The notes beneath the pieces are model-generated. The model had not been told where the DNA came from. It was given only the letters and a program-made list of their open reading frames with translations, and did not search any database. From Nitratiruptor sp. (GTDB lineage Bacteria > Campylobacterota > Campylobacteria > Campylobacterales > Nitratiruptoraceae), in the NCBI GenBank assembly GCA_015494595.1, contig WGAX01000183.1, positions 1 to 42,878 on the forward strand: a stretch of DNA of 42,878 nt, written 5' to 3'. Position numbers and translations under genes: made by a program. The stretch's first letter is position 1. Every line of letters starts with the position of its first letter. Shown here in pieces: positions 39,636-42,878 of the stretch.

Positions 39636-42044
39636 AGCCTCTTTGAGTACTTCTTCTATATGCGTAACAGGTTTAATAGTAAGATTTTGCACTACCTCCT
39701 CTGGAATCTCATCCAAATCCCTATCATAGTTCTTTTTGGGTACTAATACTGTTTGAATTTTTGCTTTATAAGCAGCTATGAGTTTCTCTTTGAGTCCTCC
39801 AATTGGCAACACTTTTCCGCTCAGCGTCAGCTCTCCCGTCATCGCCACATCACTGCGTACTCGTCTCTCACTCAAAATTGAGGCAATAGCTGTTGCCATC
39901 GTAATACCTGCACTTGGACCATCTTTTGGTGTAGCCCCCTCTGGAATGTGCAGATGAATATCATAGCGGCGGTAGACTTCGCTTGCATCTACTTTTATAT
40001 TCTCCTCTTTTTCTTTGAAGGTTTTAGGGATTACCTCTTGCTCAATAGGAATCTTGCCTCTATCAATAAGCACCTTCACCACGCTAAATGCAATCGATGC
40101 AGACTCTTTCATCACCTCTCCTAATCTGCCTGTCAGTTGCAAGGAGCCTTTACCTTTAATTTTAATAGCCTCAATTCTTAATACATCACCTCCCACAGCC
40201 GTCCACGCTAAGCCGTTCACAACACCAACTTGCGGACTCTTTTCCACCTCCTCAATCTCAAACACCGGCTTATCTAGATATTTATCCAAATTTTTCAATG
40301 TGATAGATATTTTTGTAATTTTTGGATTTTCCAAAAGCTCTTTTGCAGCCTTTCGTACAATATCTGCAATCCTGCGTCTAAGATTTCTTACTCCTGCCTC
40401 TCTGGTATATTTTTCAATAATTGCTTCCAATGCACCTTTGCTAATAGTAAGCTCCGTACGCTTTAAACCGTGCTTTTTAAGCTCTTGAGGAATTAAATAG
40501 CGCTTAGCAATCTCAAACTTCTCATTGGGAGTATAGGAGCTAAGAAAGATAAACTCCATCCTATCTCTTAGAGGTGCTGGAATATAGCCAATATCATTAG
40601 CAGTTGCAATAAAAATCACATTACTCAAATCAATACTAAAATTGAGATAGTAATCACGAAAATGGGTATTTTGCTCAGGATCTAAAATCTCCAAAAGCAC
40701 AGAAGTGGGATCGCCTCGCATACTGCGCCCCACTTTGTCAATCTCATCCAACACCATCACCGGATCCATCTCTTTAGCCTCAATAAGTCCCTGTACAATA
40801 CGCCCGGGCATTGCACCAATATAGGTGCGTCTATGTCCTCTTAACTCATTTACATCCTCCAAACCTCCCAAGGCTATACGAACAAGAGGTCTTTTAAGGG
40901 CATTGGCAATAGAGTTTGCCAAGGAGGTTTTACCGATTCCCGGAGGTCCAGCAAAGCAAAGAATTGCCCCGCTTCCCTTTTCACTCTTAATTCCTCTTAA
41001 CTCCATAAGCTCTTTGACAGCAAAATACTCTACAATTCTCTCTTTGGCTTTTTGAAGCCCATAGTGGTCTTTATCAAGCTCCCTTTGCACATCTGTAATA
41101 TCGAGCTTCTTTTTGGAGTATTTACCAAAAGGCACCTCCAATACCCAATCCAAATAGCTTTGAATCACTACAGCCTCTGCACTGTCTGGATGCATTCTGG
41201 CATAGCGATCTATTTGCTTTTTGATCTCTTTATAAGCCTCTTCTGTAAGATGCGGCTTGAGGGACTCAAGCTTTTTGCGATACTCCTCAATCTCCTCTTC
41301 TCTTTGGGTATCGACACCAAGCTCTTTTTGGATCTGTTTAAGCTGCTCTTTGAGAAAATACTCCCTGTTTGCCTGCTCTAGCTTGGAGCTTACTTTGCTC
41401 TTAATCTCTCTTTGGAGTTTACTCTGCTCAATCTCCTCTGTTACTGCATCAATTAGCAGCATCAAACGCTGCTCTACATCCTCCTCAATAAACATCTCAT
41501 AGGCTCTGCTCTTTTTAAGCTTAAGGACGGAGCTTACCAAATCAGCTATACGGTTTGGCTCATGATTCTCTTCAAGGGTTCTAATAAGATCTTGGGGAAA
41601 GGAGCTGCTTACATTTGCCAAAGCACGAACTTTCTCTCGTAATACCTCAAGAAGGGCTTCTATTTTGATCTCATTATAGGGCTTTGATTCTATTATATCT
41701 ACTACTGCTTTTAAAGGAGCGCTAGAGACCTTCTCTACAATCTTTCCTCTTGCTAATCCTTGAAAAAGGAGTTTGACTCTGCCATCAGGAAGATTGACTT
41801 TGCGCATAATTGAGCCAATCACCCCTGCTGGATAGATAGCATCAAAACTTCTCTCTCCTTCTCTTCCCTCTTTTGAGGGAGCAATTAAAATAAGACTATT
41901 ATCTTTTAATGCCTCCTGGGCTGCTGCAATATTGGCTTCATCACTTATAAATATAGGTGAAATCATAAAGGGGTATAAAAACATATCATCTTCAACCACA
42001 ATGGGAAGTGTTGCTGGAAAAGCACTATAATCACTCAACTGCAT
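39627..42044 (-). CDS. lon: ATP-dependent Lon protease
   Basis: [23 protein letters not shown] and [11 protein letters not shown]. Confidence 0.98.
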   Translation of the reverse strand: MQLSDYSAFPATLPIVVEDDMFLYPFMISPIFISDEANIAAAQEALKDNSLILIAPSKEGREGERSFDAIYPAGVIGSIMRKVNLPDGRVKLLFQGLARGKIVEKVSSAPLKAVVDIIESKPYNEIKIEALLEVLREKVRALANVSSSFPQDLIRTLEENHEPNRIADLVSSVLKLKKSRAYEMFIEEDVEQRLMLLIDAVTEEIEQSKLQREIKSKVSSKLEQANREYFLKEQLKQIQKELGVDTQREEEIEEYRKKLESLKPHLTEEAYKEIKKQIDRYARMHPDSAEAVVIQSYLDWVLEVPFGKYSKKKLDITDVQRELDKDHYGLQKAKERIVEYFAVKELMELRGIKSEKGSGAILCFAGPPGIGKTSLANSIANALKRPLVRIALGGLEDVNELRGHRRTYIGAMPGRIVQGLIEAKEMDPVMVLDEIDKVGRSMRGDPTSVLLEILDPEQNTHFRDYYLNFSIDLSNVIFIATANDIGYIPAPLRDRMEFIFLSSYTPNEKFEIAKRYLIPQELKKHGLKRTELTISKGALEAIIEKYTREAGVRNLRRRIADIVRKAAKELLENPKITKISITLKNLDKYLDKPVFEIEEVEKSPQVGVVNGLAWTAVGGDVLRIEAIKIKGKGSLQLTGRLGEVMKESASIAFSVVKVLIDRGKIPIEQEVIPKTFKEKEENIKVDASEVYRRYDIHLHIPEGATPKDGPSAGITMATAIASILSERRVRSDVAMTGELTLSGKVLPIGGLKEKLIAAYKAKIQTVLVPKKNYDRDLDEIPEEVVQNLTIKPVTHIEEVLKEALL

Positions 42045-42052
42045 TCTCTCTC

Positions 42053-42691
42053 CTACCAGTTTATCAAATAGTCATACCAAGATTTTGGTATATCGATTTC
42101 ATCTTTTTTTAGCCAAAAGTTTTTGTATCTCTCTTCATAGATTTTGGCAGCTTTTTCTTTACCCCTTCTTTTGTACAAAGAGGCTATCTCTCTATCAAGT
42201 ACATACTGAGCCAGATAGAGCTTTGTTAGCATCGTATCAACCAAAGGATTATATTTTGAGTGGGGAAATTTCTGCTTATACTCCAACGCCTCCTTAATCG
42301 TATCTGCCAAGAGTTTTTGATCTCTGTTAATACTCTTAAAAGCCAAAAAGGAGGCTTTAATCTTCAAATATTCGATAAAAGGGAGACTTTTATCATCTGC
42401 AAAACGCTTTTTATACTCATCCAGATAGTATTTTGCCATTAAGTATTCGTCATTATCCATATGCGCTTGAGCCATTAGGAGCGTAGCCTCTTTAAGCAGG
42501 GGCGAAGCAAAATGCTCACTCTGTAAAGAGGTATAGTACTCATCTGCTTTATCTAAATCATCTGCACTAATATAGTAAATCATCTTCTGATACCAGTAAA
42601 TATCACTCTTATTATACTCAGCCTGGTTTTTGTTAGAGCATCCTGCCATAAAAAGTAGCATACTCAAGAAGATAGGAGCAAACCGTTTCAT
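42053..42691 (-). CDS. bamD: outer membrane protein assembly factor BamD
   Basis: Lipobox MAGC, TPR-like helices and [14 protein letters not shown]. Upstream of lon, with a TGATATAAT promoter at 42712-42720. Confidence 0.85.
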   Translation of the reverse strand: MKRFAPIFLSMLLFMAGCSNKNQAEYNKSDIYWYQKMIYYISADDLDKADEYYTSLQSEHFASPLLKEATLLMAQAHMDNDEYLMAKYYLDEYKKRFADDKSLPFIEYLKIKASFLAFKSINRDQKLLADTIKEALEYKQKFPHSKYNPLVDTMLTKLYLAQYVLDREIASLYKRRGKEKAAKIYEERYKNFWLKKDEIDIPKSWYDYLINW

Positions 42692-42764
42692 AGTTCCTCT
42701 TTTTTATGAAAATTATATCAAATTTCAAGAAGCTATGTTACAATAATCCTCGAAGGAGTTTTTG

Positions 42765-42878
42765 ATGCTAACCATCATCGGTACGGGTAAAATGGCTGAG
42801 GCCATCATTAAGGGCCTTATTAAAAGAAAAGAAAAAATTTTAGTAGTGGGAAGAGATGAAAAGAGATTGCAACAACTC
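42765..42878 (+). CDS. proC: pyrroline-5-carboxylate reductase (5' fragment, runs off the window)
   Basis: MLTIIGTGKMAEAIIKGL Rossmann start, AAGGAG Shine-Dalgarno and TGTTACAAT promoter at 42736-42744. Confidence 0.75.
   Translation, partial: MLTIIGTGKMAEAIIKGLIKRKEKILVVGRDEKRLQQL

Overview
AT-rich chromosomal window from a Campylobacterota (epsilonproteobacterial) genome. This is inferred from the TGnTATAAT promoters, the solitary N-extended atpE and the guaA-hemD-6S-purD-lptD-pnp gene order; a Nitratiruptor-like vent lineage is only a guess. Housekeeping genes (argC, greA, lpxB, surE, tcdA, atpE, pnp, lptD, purD, hemD, guaA, nhaD, nadB, uvrC, lon, bamD, proC), tRNA-Leu(GAG) and 6S RNA frame a ~14-kb accessory locus (4525-18366) of two convergent operons that looks like a non-canonical Pel-type exopolysaccharide system. 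The minus arm encodes SPOR-TolC, PelF, a PelG-like membrane protein, a lipoprotein, a GT-C-like polytopic protein and a membrane-anchored degenerate HD-GYP protein. The plus arm encodes a GT2/DUF2304 pair, a FemAB-like protein, a flippase-like protein, a CE4 deacetylase and a HlyD-type adaptor. A GH135 (spherulin-4) hydrolase lies just beyond tRNA-Leu/atpE, and no recognisable pelA/B/C/D/E is in the window. Other points of note are a highly structured purD leader, an uncalled 40-aa lipoprotein, a probably leaderless DciA-like gene, an MCE protein with a beta-barrel-like C-terminus, and a phosphorelay with a triple-Hpt protein and a degenerate NIT-domain kinase. All calls come from reading motifs by eye; no searches were run.
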